Shown: one piece after another, positions 25,858-34,735 of the stretch
Layout of the letters: each line of letters opens with the position of its first letter
Position numbering within the stretch: position 1 is the stretch's first letter
Origin: a virus
Taxonomy: Duplodnaviria > Caudoviricetes
Strand: one strand, 5' to 3'
Virus record (IMG/VR): IMGVR_UViG_3300032219_002477
Span: 1-41,080 of that record
DNA: 41,080 nt
Program-made: the position numbers and the translations under genes
Notes under the pieces: generated by a model
Told to the model about the DNA's origin: nothing
What the model saw: the letters and a program-made list of their open reading frames with translations, nothing else
Databases searched by the model: none

Positions 25858-26004
25858 ATGAAGAATTATATTTATGTCCAAGGATTTGGATTTATCAGAA
25901 AGGAAATAAAAAATCCGCACAGATTTTATAAAATGTTTCGCGCTAGAAATTTAGCGTGTTTTTCGATTTACAGAACACCATCCCAAGAAACAGACTTAAA
26001 TTAA
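25858..26004 (+). CDS. Hypothetical protein, 48 aa (start revised)
   Basis: ATG downstream of the promoter; the track's start lies inside the terminator. Confidence 0.55.
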   Translation: MKNYIYVQGFGFIRKEIKNPHRFYKMFRARNLACFSIYRTPSQETDLN

Positions 26005-26009
26005 TCGTT

Positions 26010-26183
26010 ATGCCAGAATTATATTTAAAAACCAAAACAGGTAACGATATTCAGTTTTCTGCCATTGATGAAGAAAATGAAATCGAAGTAGTGATGTTAC
26101 GTGATGATGCGTATTCGTGGCTATCAGTTGACCAAGTAAAAGAATTAATCGAATTTTTACAACAACAAATTAAAGAGAAATGA
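26010..26183 (+). CDS. Hypothetical protein, 57 aa (start revised)
   Basis: MPELYLK...LSVDQVKELIEFLQ; ATGA overlap with the next gene. Confidence 0.65.
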   Translation: MPELYLKTKTGNDIQFSAIDEENEIEVVMLRDDAYSWLSVDQVKELIEFLQQQIKEK

Positions 26184-26656
26184 AAATAAATTGGAATTTA
26201 ATAATGACCATCCTATTTGGGATATTCATTTCAGTAGTAATTGGTTTTTCATTGTTTGGTTGCAAGTCTCCCAAAACAATCACTAAAACTGAATGGAAAA
26301 CAATTCGCGACACTTTGATTATCAACGGTGACACAATCATTCGTAATATCGAAGTCAATCAGGATTGTCCAGAATGTAAGCCTAAAACACGTTTCGAAAC
26401 ACGTTTAGAGTATAGACTTGATAAACGTAGATTGAAAGCGTTAGAGCAAAAATATAAGGATTCGTTAAATACTTTACGCAAAATGAATGAATCGAATAAT
26501 AAAGCGAAAGTTAAATTGAATCGCACTGATAAAAAAGCTGAAGTTAAGAACAATAAAAATAATAACTCCGATTGGTGGAAGTTTTGGGCTGGTTTTGGTG
26601 CTTGTTTTGCCGGTTGTGGCTTGACGCATTTTGTAATTAAAAAATTAGGGTTATGA
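26180..26656 (+). CDS. Putative unimolecular spanin
   Basis: Signal peptide with lipobox LFGC, coiled-coil middle, C-terminal hydrophobic segment WWKFWAGFGACFAGCGLTHFVI. Confidence 0.7.
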   Translation: MKINWNLIMTILFGIFISVVIGFSLFGCKSPKTITKTEWKTIRDTLIINGDTIIRNIEVNQDCPECKPKTRFETRLEYRLDKRRLKALEQKYKDSLNTLRKMNESNNKAKVKLNRTDKKAEVKNNKNNNSDWWKFWAGFGACFAGCGLTHFVIKKLGL

Positions 26657-27528
26657 AAACTGTTAATTCAATAAGTGGTGGTAAAACTTCAGCTAAAATG
26701 TTAGTTGATTTTCCTGCTGATTATAATATATTTCAACTTGTAAGAACTAATGAAGTTTTATTTATGAAAGGTAAAGATGAACCGACGAGGAAATTAATAT
26801 CTGACAGAATAGGACGTGAATTCATAGGTACTTTAGAAGAGGATGAATGTATTTATACAATATTAGATTTAGAGCAGTTTACAGGTCAAGAAATTATAAT
26901 AAATTCAAGTGAAAAAACATTTGAAAAAATGATTGAATTACATGGAACTAGATGTTTGCCATCAATTTTAAGAAGGTATTGTACTGAAGAATTAAAGATA
27001 GATGTTGCTTTTGATTGGTGGAAAAAAAACATCAATGAAATAATTGAAATGAGAATTGGTTATCGTGCTAACTAAATGAATAGAATGGGTACAATGATAA
27101 AACGGTGTGATAAAAATAGAATACTTTCACATAAGATAATTGTTGGATCCAAAGAAACTAAAAAAGGTATTCAAAACACTTGGGACGAAATACAATGGCA
27201 AAAACCTTATTTTCCATTTATTGAAAATAAACCAACTTTTAAAGACCAAATTGAAATTTATTGGAAAGATAAACCTGTAAGGTTTGCTGAATTTAATAAT
27301 TGTGTTGGTTGCTTCCATAGAGAACCTGCATTACTAAAGTATATGTGGGAAAAACAAGCAGATAAAATGCAAGTATTTTCTGACTTTGAAAAAAATAGAA
27401 AATATAAAAATGACACTTTTAAAATGAATGATAATATTACATACGAAAAAATTAAAAACCTTAATTTAAACGTAAAATTAACAGCAAGTAATTTTACAGA
27501 TTGTGATTCTGGATATTGCGGACTTTAA
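26653..27528 (+). pseudogene. PAPS-reductase-like (PP-loop, Cys-rich) gene split by an in-frame TAA at 27073-27075
   Basis: SISGGKTSA, RYCTEELK, IGYRAN-stop-MNR, NCVGCF, CDSGYCGL; the two track ORFs are in one frame and adjacent. Confidence 0.75.
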
Positions 27529-27529
27529 A

Positions 27530-27610
27530 ATGAACCTCCGCAACCTACTATACGAATTTTTAACGGCTGTATTAATCAGCTACATTATTTACTTAATATT
27601 TTTGAGATGA
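27530..27610 (+). CDS. 26-aa hydrophobic peptide (not in ORF track)
   Basis: MNLRNLLYEFLTAVLISYIIYLIFLR; fills the gap exactly, with ATGA overlap. Confidence 0.5.
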   Translation: MNLRNLLYEFLTAVLISYIIYLIFLR

Positions 27611-27876
27611 AAAAACTAAAAAAAGGCGACATCGTTACGCCATTCAAACACACACATAGATTCACGTTTGAAAAGGAATACAAAGTTGAATCAGTTACCG
27701 GTAAATGGTTCGTAGCAATCAACGACAAAGGATTTAAACAAGAATGCTACATTGAAGATTTTACCAAAGTTGAACAATCAAACGCACTTGAAATGATAAC
27801 GGCTGTTTTGTTAATCGTTGGGGTATTGTTTGCAAGTGCGGTTGTAGTTGCTAGTTATTTATTTGAGGGGATTTAG
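27607..27876 (+). CDS. SH3-like domain with C-terminal membrane anchor
   Basis: KKGDIV...TFEKEYKV...INDKG followed by a hydrophobic tail. Confidence 0.65.
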   Translation: MKKLKKGDIVTPFKHTHRFTFEKEYKVESVTGKWFVAINDKGFKQECYIEDFTKVEQSNALEMITAVLLIVGVLFASAVVVASYLFEGI

Positions 27877-27878
27877 TT

Positions 27879-28106
27879 ATGAATTTAAAAGAAAGAAAAT
27901 CAAAAGTAGCTTTGTGTAAAAAATGCAAAGGATTTGTTTTAGCAAGTCACACCGACTACATAACAAAATCAACAGAGAAAGAATTTACAGAACTTACTAA
28001 TTGGGGTTTTGAAGTGAAGATTGAAACTTTAGAAAAAACAAGAAGTAGAAATCTAGTATTTACCTCAAAGTTAAAAAATGGTAAGTGTGAAACTTGCAAT
28101 AAGTAA
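27879..28106 (+). CDS. Hypothetical protein with two CxxC motifs
   Basis: CKKC and CETC. Confidence 0.65.
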   Translation: MNLKERKSKVALCKKCKGFVLASHTDYITKSTEKEFTELTNWGFEVKIETLEKTRSRNLVFTSKLKNGKCETCNK

Positions 28107-28109
28107 ACT

Positions 28110-28169
28110 ATGAAATCAAAATTCCTTATCTTCGTAATCATTAAAGAAATTATAAAACTATTCAGATGA
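28110..28169 (+). CDS. 19-aa peptide coupled to the endolysin start (not in ORF track)
   Basis: MKSKFLIFVIIKEIIKLFR; its TGA overlaps the endolysin ATG. Confidence 0.4.
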   Translation: MKSKFLIFVIIKEIIKLFR

Positions 28170-28735
28170 AACCAACAATTGAACAAATTATCAAAGGCTT
28201 TGAAAATATCGGAGCAAAGATATTCAAAGAACCAAACTCGATTAACTTATTCGGAGTTCGTACAAACGAAAATGAAGCGAACACGTTTAACGATTGGGGC
28301 GGTGCTTTCTATTGGGACGACAAAGGTATTTTACACAGCTTAATAATTCCAATCACAACAGATGCTGGAGTTTACTATCGTTTGCATCCAATGAATAAAC
28401 TAGGAACTGCAATAATGGTTCACGACAAGCAATACTTAGGATGTTACCAACTTATGGACAAAGGGCATATGGGTCAAAAAGCATTTAAGCAAATTAAACC
28501 TATGGACTATTGGCGCGATAATGATAAAGATTCTAAACTTGAAACGGGCGGAAAAATTTATACAGAAATCGCTGCTACAAATTTTCACTATATGGGCAAA
28601 GGTAATCTTGTTAATAATTGGAGTGCTGGATGTCAAGGTGCAAGTGTTGAAAATATGAACGCACTTTACAAATTTGTTGAGGTGCAAAAAGGCAGGATTT
28701 ATTCTTATACATTGATCCACGAAACGAGTCTATAA
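28166..28735 (+). CDS. Putative endolysin, L,D-transpeptidase (YkuD)-like His/Cys peptidase
   Basis: NLFGVR, TTDAG, WRDNDKD, NFH...NWSAGCQ resembling the H-x(n)-S-x-G-C motif. Confidence 0.65.
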   Translation: MKPTIEQIIKGFENIGAKIFKEPNSINLFGVRTNENEANTFNDWGGAFYWDDKGILHSLIIPITTDAGVYYRLHPMNKLGTAIMVHDKQYLGCYQLMDKGHMGQKAFKQIKPMDYWRDNDKDSKLETGGKIYTEIAATNFHYMGKGNLVNNWSAGCQGASVENMNALYKFVEVQKGRIYSYTLIHETSL

Positions 28736-28761
28736 ATTCGGAGTTGAACGCCTGAATTTTG

Positions 28762-28786
28762 AGCCACTTTAACGAGTGGCTTTTTT
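28762..28786 (+). terminator. Intrinsic terminator
   Basis: AGCCACT-TTAACG-AGTGGCT followed by a T run. Confidence 0.85.
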
Positions 28787-28812
28787 AAACTAAAAATTTT
28801 AAAACCAAACAC

Positions 28813-29040
28813 ATGGACACTAGACTTAATTTTATCAAAGAACCACTTTTTATTGGTGGATTTCTTGCATTTGGATTGACTTTCTATTTTGGAAGGAATA
28901 CAGATGCAAAACAAACTATTAAAAATCAAACTCAATGCGATTTAGACACGTTAGGAACGCATTGTGTTACTCAGATACATTCTGATACAACTGACTTTAG
29001 AAAACGTTATTACGAACATTTATACGTGAATACGAAATGA
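28813..29040 (+). CDS. Small membrane protein
   Basis: One hydrophobic segment. Confidence 0.6.
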   Translation: MDTRLNFIKEPLFIGGFLAFGLTFYFGRNTDAKQTIKNQTQCDLDTLGTHCVTQIHSDTTDFRKRYYEHLYVNTK

Positions 29041-29225
29041 ACACCATCTATTTTGGCGCAATAACCATTGAACACAAGAAAAAACTTATCGAAGTAAAAC
29101 AAGCAGTTTTTAAGTCTGGAGCCACAATTTATAAGCCTTTCAAAAATCCATTCAAAGAACCTGTTCAAATCATTACTTGTGATTTAAACTGCAAGGTTGT
29201 TGGTGGATATCGGAAAAATAATTAA
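29037..29225 (+). CDS. Hypothetical protein
   Basis: ATGA overlap with the upstream gene. Confidence 0.6.
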   Translation: MNTIYFGAITIEHKKKLIEVKQAVFKSGATIYKPFKNPFKEPVQIITCDLNCKVVGGYRKNN

Positions 29226-29262
29226 ATTTGTCTTGCATAATACAATTTAAGAGGTCGAATAA

Positions 29263-29297
29263 AAAAAACCGCTATTCTTAATCGAGTAGCGGTTTTT
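29263..29297. terminator. Bidirectional terminator
   Basis: AAAAACCGCTA...TAGCGGTTTTT between convergent genes. Confidence 0.88.
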
Positions 29298-29319
29298 AAT
29301 TTATATGGTTTTAGTAAAA

Positions 29320-30126
29320 TTAATCCTCAAAATCAGTAGCGACTGCATCCTCAACAACTTGTGAATTTACCTGAATAACAGTCTGTGGTGCTTCATTTGT
29401 ACTATCTGGATAACGCATAGACATATTCTCAGCATCTTCAATGATAGCTTGATCCGATTCAACAGCTTTCTGAATATCAATTGTCATTGGACCATACTTA
29501 AAAATGGACTTCAACATTGTTTTCTTTGCCATTTCATCAAAATTTTGCTTCCAAACAGAATTTGCCTTATCGTAAGATTGGGAATATTTTCTTCCATGTT
29601 CCTCTAATTGTGCAACGGTTTTGAATAACAATTTCTCAAAACCATTATTCAGTTTGAAATATGCAGAATAACCTACAATTTTTCCTGTTGGCGGTTTTGT
29701 GAAATCGAAATCTATTTCACTTGTAAGAGGGTTATAACTCTTGAATTGACTTTCGTATATTTCAGTAGCCGAAATGGTCTTATATTGACCAGAACGAATT
29801 GCTAATTGCAAAAGCCCTTTATACCCAATTTGGAACTGAGCCACTTGTTTTTTCACCCATTGACCATTGACATTTACTGACTGATTGTAAGGAACAATAT
29901 AAGCGTGTCCAATATTGTTATTGATAGGTAAATTTAAAACTGCTGCCATCATTGCAGCCTGATAAATTGACTTTGGTTCTGCATTCACAAGTAAGTTGTT
30001 TGTGCTTACTGCCTGCATTACTGAGGTTATAAAAACCTTTGAATTTTCTCCAAGTAATTCTTGGAATTTTTCTGTTACGTCTTTTCTTACAAAGAAATCT
30101 TTAACTGTTAACTGATTGTTTGACAT
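29320..30126 (-). CDS. recT: RecT-family single-strand annealing recombinase
   Basis: GHAYIVPY, AQFQIGYKGLLQLAIRSGQY, WKQNFDEMAKKT. Confidence 0.95.
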   Translation of the reverse strand: MSNNQLTVKDFFVRKDVTEKFQELLGENSKVFITSVMQAVSTNNLLVNAEPKSIYQAAMMAAVLNLPINNNIGHAYIVPYNQSVNVNGQWVKKQVAQFQIGYKGLLQLAIRSGQYKTISATEIYESQFKSYNPLTSEIDFDFTKPPTGKIVGYSAYFKLNNGFEKLLFKTVAQLEEHGRKYSQSYDKANSVWKQNFDEMAKKTMLKSIFKYGPMTIDIQKAVESDQAIIEDAENMSMRYPDSTNEAPQTVIQVNSQVVEDAVATDFED

Positions 30127-30150
30127 ATATTTATTTTATTTGGTTACTTA

Positions 30151-30384
30151 TTAAAATAATTCCAATTGACTATGCGCTGCACAATCAACCTCTTCAATGA
30201 TATCAACATATTCTCGAATTATGTTGAACCAGACTTGTTTTGTTTTTGTGACTTTAATTAAATTTTCACACGGTTTAACGTTTATTTCTTTGTGTCCTGT
30301 ACAAAACATTGAACCGATTGTACATTCTTTGAAAGGACATTGTTTTGGGTACGTGCCGCCGTTAAATTCTGTTTGAATATTCAT
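30151..30384 (-). CDS. Cys-rich hypothetical protein
   Basis: CPFKECTIGSMFC. Confidence 0.65.
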   Translation of the reverse strand: MNIQTEFNGGTYPKQCPFKECTIGSMFCTGHKEINVKPCENLIKVTKTKQVWFNIIREYVDIIEEVDCAAHSQLELF

Positions 30385-30390
30385 TGCATC

Positions 30391-30714
30391 TTAAATCAAA
30401 AAATCATTAACTAAGAAATACGATTTCTGAAATCCTATTTCCTCCCCTCTATTATCAATCACAACAAAGCTACTTTCATTCTCTTTGACTAAAATGTATT
30501 CTTTGTTTTTGGTTAAGAATATCGAGAAATCAACTAAACAGAATACAGATTTTACATTGTCGTACATTGCAGCAGTTTGACCCTTTGAAAATTCTCTGAA
30601 TGGTTTCGAATCTATCCAAAATGGATTTTGTAAGCCTGTTTTAATGGAATCGTAGCCGAGTTGAAATGCGTTTTTCGTATCGAATATATTTTTAGTTTCG
30701 TGTTCGTTACTCAT
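30391..30714 (-). CDS. Hypothetical protein (Rmf-like N-terminal motif plus SH3-like C-terminus)
   Basis: AFQLGY...G.QNPF; LTKNKEY...IDNRG. Confidence 0.6.
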   Translation of the reverse strand: MSNEHETKNIFDTKNAFQLGYDSIKTGLQNPFWIDSKPFREFSKGQTAAMYDNVKSVFCLVDFSIFLTKNKEYILVKENESSFVVIDNRGEEIGFQKSYFLVNDFLI

Positions 30715-31478
30715 ATATCCAACGGTTTAATGTCGTTTCCAAACATAGGCCACGTATTTGTTTCACGACAAATTTTCAAGTCATTCAAATCCTGTAAGAA
30801 TTGTTCACGTCCATTTGCAAGTGTGTTATTTGTCGCATAGAAATAATTCACTAAATATGGTGGCTTTTTTTCCTGAGCAATAAAAATAAACGCATCTAGT
30901 TCAATGCCGTTTTGTAGAAGTCCCTCAGAATAAATTGCAGCTTGACGGTTGTATCCATATTTTTTAGCGTGGTACGGAAAACCATTAGTCGATGCGTCCT
31001 CAGTTGTTTTATAATCCAATCCAATAATTCCTTTGGAAATTTGATCGGGACGGCATTTACAAAAAATTCCTGTTTCTGGATTTTGCCAAAAATACGATTG
31101 TTCAACAATTTTATCTGAAACAAACAATAAATCTCTTACCGTTCTGTCATTTTCTAAAACACCTCTCATTTCTTTGAGTGTTTCATATTCTGACATTGAA
31201 ATTATTGTTTTATCTGAATGCGTTTCTTTGAAATTATCACGTCTTTTCATTGAGCCTTCACCTTTGAAAGTTGGTGAAATTACAAATTCATCATTCCATT
31301 TATTTGGTTCAAGAACAAAACCATGTGCAGCTTTTCCGAAATCAAATGTTTTAGTAGAGTCGTCCTTATATTTTCCTGAAAGATATTTCCACCAATACAG
31401 ATATGGTGATTGTCTGAATACATCCAATGAAGATTTGGAAACGTGCGATTTTAGGAGGTGGTATTGTTCTGAGGTCAT
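30711..31478 (-). CDS. RecE/exonuclease VIII-like PD-(D/E)xK exonuclease
   Basis: VSKSSL, FGKAAH...LEP, CKCRPD, DYKTT, YNRQAAIY, AQEKKPPY. Confidence 0.92.
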   Translation of the reverse strand: MTSEQYHLLKSHVSKSSLDVFRQSPYLYWWKYLSGKYKDDSTKTFDFGKAAHGFVLEPNKWNDEFVISPTFKGEGSMKRRDNFKETHSDKTIISMSEYETLKEMRGVLENDRTVRDLLFVSDKIVEQSYFWQNPETGIFCKCRPDQISKGIIGLDYKTTEDASTNGFPYHAKKYGYNRQAAIYSEGLLQNGIELDAFIFIAQEKKPPYLVNYFYATNNTLANGREQFLQDLNDLKICRETNTWPMFGNDIKPLDI

Positions 31479-31621
31479 GCTCTCTCGATTTTAAAACCTT
31501 GTGAATAATTTCCTGTTTCTTTAAGTTTATTAATCTTCCAACGGCATAATGCAACGTTTGGAAATGTCCAACTTTCAATGGGTTGTTTTGAGGCTAAGTT
31601 GAAGTAAATTAATTTTTGCAT
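31475..31621 (-). CDS. Hypothetical protein, 48 aa (not in ORF track)
   Basis: MQKLIYFNLASKQPIESWTFPNVALCRWKINKLKETGNYSQGFKIERA; ATGA overlap with the exonuclease start. Confidence 0.65.
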   Translation of the reverse strand: MQKLIYFNLASKQPIESWTFPNVALCRWKINKLKETGNYSQGFKIERA

Positions 31622-31726
31622 GTTGTTAGGTTTTTTGGTTTTTATTTGGTTTTCGATTCGATTATCAATCAGTTTTTAATCAGTTTTCGTTTCTGTTTTC
31701 GATTCGGTTATGAATTAAAATTTTTA

Positions 31727-31773
31727 CAAATGTATTAAAAAAAACATATTAAATAAAAATAATTGTATATTTG
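31727..31773. promoter_or_regulatory. Divergent promoters for the recombination and replication operons
   Basis: TACATTTG (-, 31727-31734) and TATATTTG (+, 31766-31773). Confidence 0.7.
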
Positions 31774-31793
31774 CAGAACAAAAAATATATTTT

Positions 31794-32006
31794 ATGAATG
31801 TTTATGACGAAATAAAAAAGGATTGTGAAGAGGTAGGAATTACCGTTCACGCCTTATGTCTGGAAGCTAAAGTTGACAGGCAAATAATTCAACGGTGGTC
31901 TAAGGAAGACCCTAAATCTATTAAGATTTACAAGCAAATTAAAAAAACGATTACTGAAATGAAAGCAATTCGTGATGCTGAAAGTTTGGAAACTGAAAAC
32001 GATTAG
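31794..32006 (+). CDS. Cro/XRE-like HTH regulator
   Basis: GITVHALCLEAKVDRQIIQRWSK HTH pattern; first gene after the divergent promoter. Confidence 0.8.
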   Translation: MNVYDEIKKDCEEVGITVHALCLEAKVDRQIIQRWSKEDPKSIKIYKQIKKTITEMKAIRDAESLETEND

Positions 32007-32008
32007 TT

Positions 32009-32230
32009 ATGGACGGAACGTGGAACCCAGAACCTAAAAATGAAAAACCATACACAATAAAACTCAGTCGTTTGTGTAAAGGAAAAACTGCACCTGTTGG
32101 TTTTCAATTTGTAATCGTAAAATCTAAGCGTGGTTATTCCTCTCAACTAATCAAAGGAACGATTATAGACGAACAGAAAGAACAACTTGGAGAAATTCTG
32201 TACAATCAAATTATTAAGGGAATTAAATAA
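32009..32230 (+). CDS. Hypothetical protein
   Basis: ORF within the operon. Confidence 0.6.
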   Translation: MDGTWNPEPKNEKPYTIKLSRLCKGKTAPVGFQFVIVKSKRGYSSQLIKGTIIDEQKEQLGEILYNQIIKGIK

Positions 32231-32238
32231 ATAAACCT

Positions 32239-32697
32239 ATGTTTAAAACAATCCTAACAGGTAACATCGGAAATGATGCCGAAGTTACATCATTCGACAA
32301 TGGAAGTAAAGTTGTCACATTCTCAGTTGCTCATTCTAAAAAATGGACTGATAAAGCAGGCGTAAAGCAAGAAAAAACAACGTGGATTCGCTGTAATATG
32401 TGGAAACAAGAAAACCTTGCTCAGTACCTTAAAAAAGGCACTAGAGTAATGGTTGAAGGCGAGATTGAAGCACGTGCATACACTAATAAGGAAGGGCAAA
32501 CTGTTACTTCATTGGAGTTGAATGTTTTTGCTATTGAAATGCAATCATTTGCCGAAAAATCTAATGATGGTGCGAATACTCAGGGTGCTGTTAATACTCA
32601 GGGTGCTAGTGCTGTAAGTCCTACAACAGGAAATAATACCGTGAGTAATACGAAATTCACACCTGCACACGAAGAGGAAAGCGATTTACCGTTTTAA
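32239..32697 (+). CDS. ssb: Single-stranded DNA-binding protein
   Basis: GNIGNDAE, TFSVA, YLKKGTRVMVEG, C-terminal DLPF. Confidence 0.97.
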   Translation: MFKTILTGNIGNDAEVTSFDNGSKVVTFSVAHSKKWTDKAGVKQEKTTWIRCNMWKQENLAQYLKKGTRVMVEGEIEARAYTNKEGQTVTSLELNVFAIEMQSFAEKSNDGANTQGAVNTQGASAVSPTTGNNTVSNTKFTPAHEEESDLPF

Positions 32698-32755
32698 TTC
32701 AGATTACGATTAACCAGACCGCCGCTACCAAAACACCTATTAAACCAAATCTAAG

Positions 32756-34252
32756 ATGCTAAGACCCTACCAACTTAAAGCCGTTGACGAAGTTAAAACC
32801 TCATTACGTGATGGGAAAAAAGCACCTATTTTAGTGATGCCAACAGGCGCAGGAAAAACAGTTGTTTTTTGTCACATTGCAGAAAATGCAGTAATGAAAG
32901 GGAAACGAGTTTGGATTTTAGTACATCGAGTTGAACTACTGAGACAGACTTCTAAAAAACTGCATGAAAACGGTGTAAATCATGGTTTAATAAATCCAAA
33001 ATACACGCCAAATTTACAACTGCCTGTTCAAGTGGCATCGGTGCAAACGTTGGTTAATAGATTGGAACGTTACGAAAAACCTGACTTGATTATCATCGAT
33101 GAATGTCATCATGCAGTAGCAGGGAGTTACGTTAAAATCCTGAATAAATGTCCAAACGCATTGATAATTGGAGTAACAGCAACTCCAACACGTGCAGATG
33201 GAACAGGATTGAATCAAATTTTTGATGACATCATTATAGGTCCACAAATCTATGAATTGATAGAAATGGGATTTCTTGTTAAACCAATTGTTTACCGTCC
33301 TCCACAAAAAAATAAAATCGATCTTTCAGAATTGAAAATGAAAGGCTCTGATTACGACAAAGAACAAATGGCGGAAATTATCGACAAACCATCCATTACA
33401 GGTGATGTAATTTCGCATTATAGACAATACGCACATGGAATGGCAGCAGTTGTTTTTTGTGTTTCTGTTGCACATGCTGAACACGTTGCTGCTGAATTTC
33501 GGTCTGCAGGTTACAAGGCATATTCTGTTGACGGTTCAATGGAGGACGATTTAAGAACACGTTTACTTGGAGGATTAGAAGATGGAACGGTTGAAATAAT
33601 TACTTCGTGTGATTTAATTTCTGAAGGAACAGATATTCCTGCAATTGGTTGTGGAATAATGTTAAGACCTACACAATCACTTAGTTTGTTTATTCAACAA
33701 GCAGGACGAATTTTGCGACTTTCACAAGGTAAAAACAAAGCAATTTTATTAGACCACGTAGGAAATACAATTTTGCATGGTTTACCTCAACAGCATCGTG
33801 AATGGACTTTAGAAGGTCAAAAGCGTAATAAAAAATCAAAGAATCAAGAACCTGCAATTAGAGTGATTCAATGTCCTTCGTGTTATGCAATGTATTTTCC
33901 AAATCCTGAACATAAATGCGAAGTTTGTGGAACTTTGGAAGAAATATCTTCACGTGAATTATTGCATGTTGACGGTCAATTGGAGGAGGTAACTGAGGAA
34001 CAAAAAAAACGATTAGAGGAACAAAAACTCCAGATAAAAATCGACAAACAACGCGAAGTTTCACAAGCTAGAACATTAGAAGAACTTCTAAAAATTGAAA
34101 AAGACCGAGGTTACAAGCGTGGATGGGCAACACGAATGTTTAAGCTAAGAGAGGACAGAATGATAAATAATTCTGTTAAATTTGAAACCCCAACGATTTT
34201 TGAGACTGAAATAATTCAGGAATTAGATATTGTTGATGATGAGTTGGAATAA
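32756..34252 (+). CDS. Superfamily 2 DExH helicase with C-terminal zinc finger
   Basis: LRPYQ, PTGAGKT, DECHH, TATP, SEGTDIP, QQAGRILR, CPSC...CEVC. Confidence 0.95.
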   Translation: MLRPYQLKAVDEVKTSLRDGKKAPILVMPTGAGKTVVFCHIAENAVMKGKRVWILVHRVELLRQTSKKLHENGVNHGLINPKYTPNLQLPVQVASVQTLVNRLERYEKPDLIIIDECHHAVAGSYVKILNKCPNALIIGVTATPTRADGTGLNQIFDDIIIGPQIYELIEMGFLVKPIVYRPPQKNKIDLSELKMKGSDYDKEQMAEIIDKPSITGDVISHYRQYAHGMAAVVFCVSVAHAEHVAAEFRSAGYKAYSVDGSMEDDLRTRLLGGLEDGTVEIITSCDLISEGTDIPAIGCGIMLRPTQSLSLFIQQAGRILRLSQGKNKAILLDHVGNTILHGLPQQHREWTLEGQKRNKKSKNQEPAIRVIQCPSCYAMYFPNPEHKCEVCGTLEEISSRELLHVDGQLEEVTEEQKKRLEEQKLQIKIDKQREVSQARTLEELLKIEKDRGYKRGWATRMFKLREDRMINNSVKFETPTIFETEIIQELDIVDDELE

Positions 34253-34285
34253 AAAATAACCACCAAAAAAAAAACCCAAACTAAG

Positions 34286-34735
34286 ATGCAAAAAGAATCA
34301 AACATATTAAAATTACTATCCGTGAAACTTTCACAATTGAGAGTTTCAATTTTTAGAAATAACGTAGGTACAGGATGGGTTGGTGAAACTTTCAAAATCG
34401 CAAAACCAACGACTTTAATTTTGAATGGTAAACCTGTTCAAGTTACAACAGGTGATTTAATAATCAAAAATCCACGTCCTTTAAGAGCAGGATTACATGA
34501 AGGTTCTAGCGATTTAATTGGATGGAAAACTGTTGAAATTACACCAGAAATGATTGGTAAAAAAGTAGCCATTTTTGTTTCAATTGAAGGTAAAACAGAT
34601 TTTGGAAGGGTTTCAGAAACTCAAGCTATTTGGTTGCAAAATGTAAAAAATGCAGGTGGTATTGGTTACGTTTGCCGAAATATGGAAGCTGTTGAAAAAT
34701 GCTTGAATGATTATGACCAACAACTGAAAGCATGA
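34286..34735 (+). CDS. VRR-NUC nuclease
   Basis: FRNNVG, GSSDLIG, IEGK, Q..WL...GG. Confidence 0.9.
   Translation: MQKESNILKLLSVKLSQLRVSIFRNNVGTGWVGETFKIAKPTTLILNGKPVQVTTGDLIIKNPRPLRAGLHEGSSDLIGWKTVEITPEMIGKKVAIFVSIEGKTDFGRVSETQAIWLQNVKNAGGIGYVCRNMEAVEKCLNDYDQQLKA

Noticed and set aside
27073-27075. Genome-wide stop codon reassignment
   Set aside because: TAA, TAG and TGA all end intact conserved genes elsewhere; only this gene is interrupted
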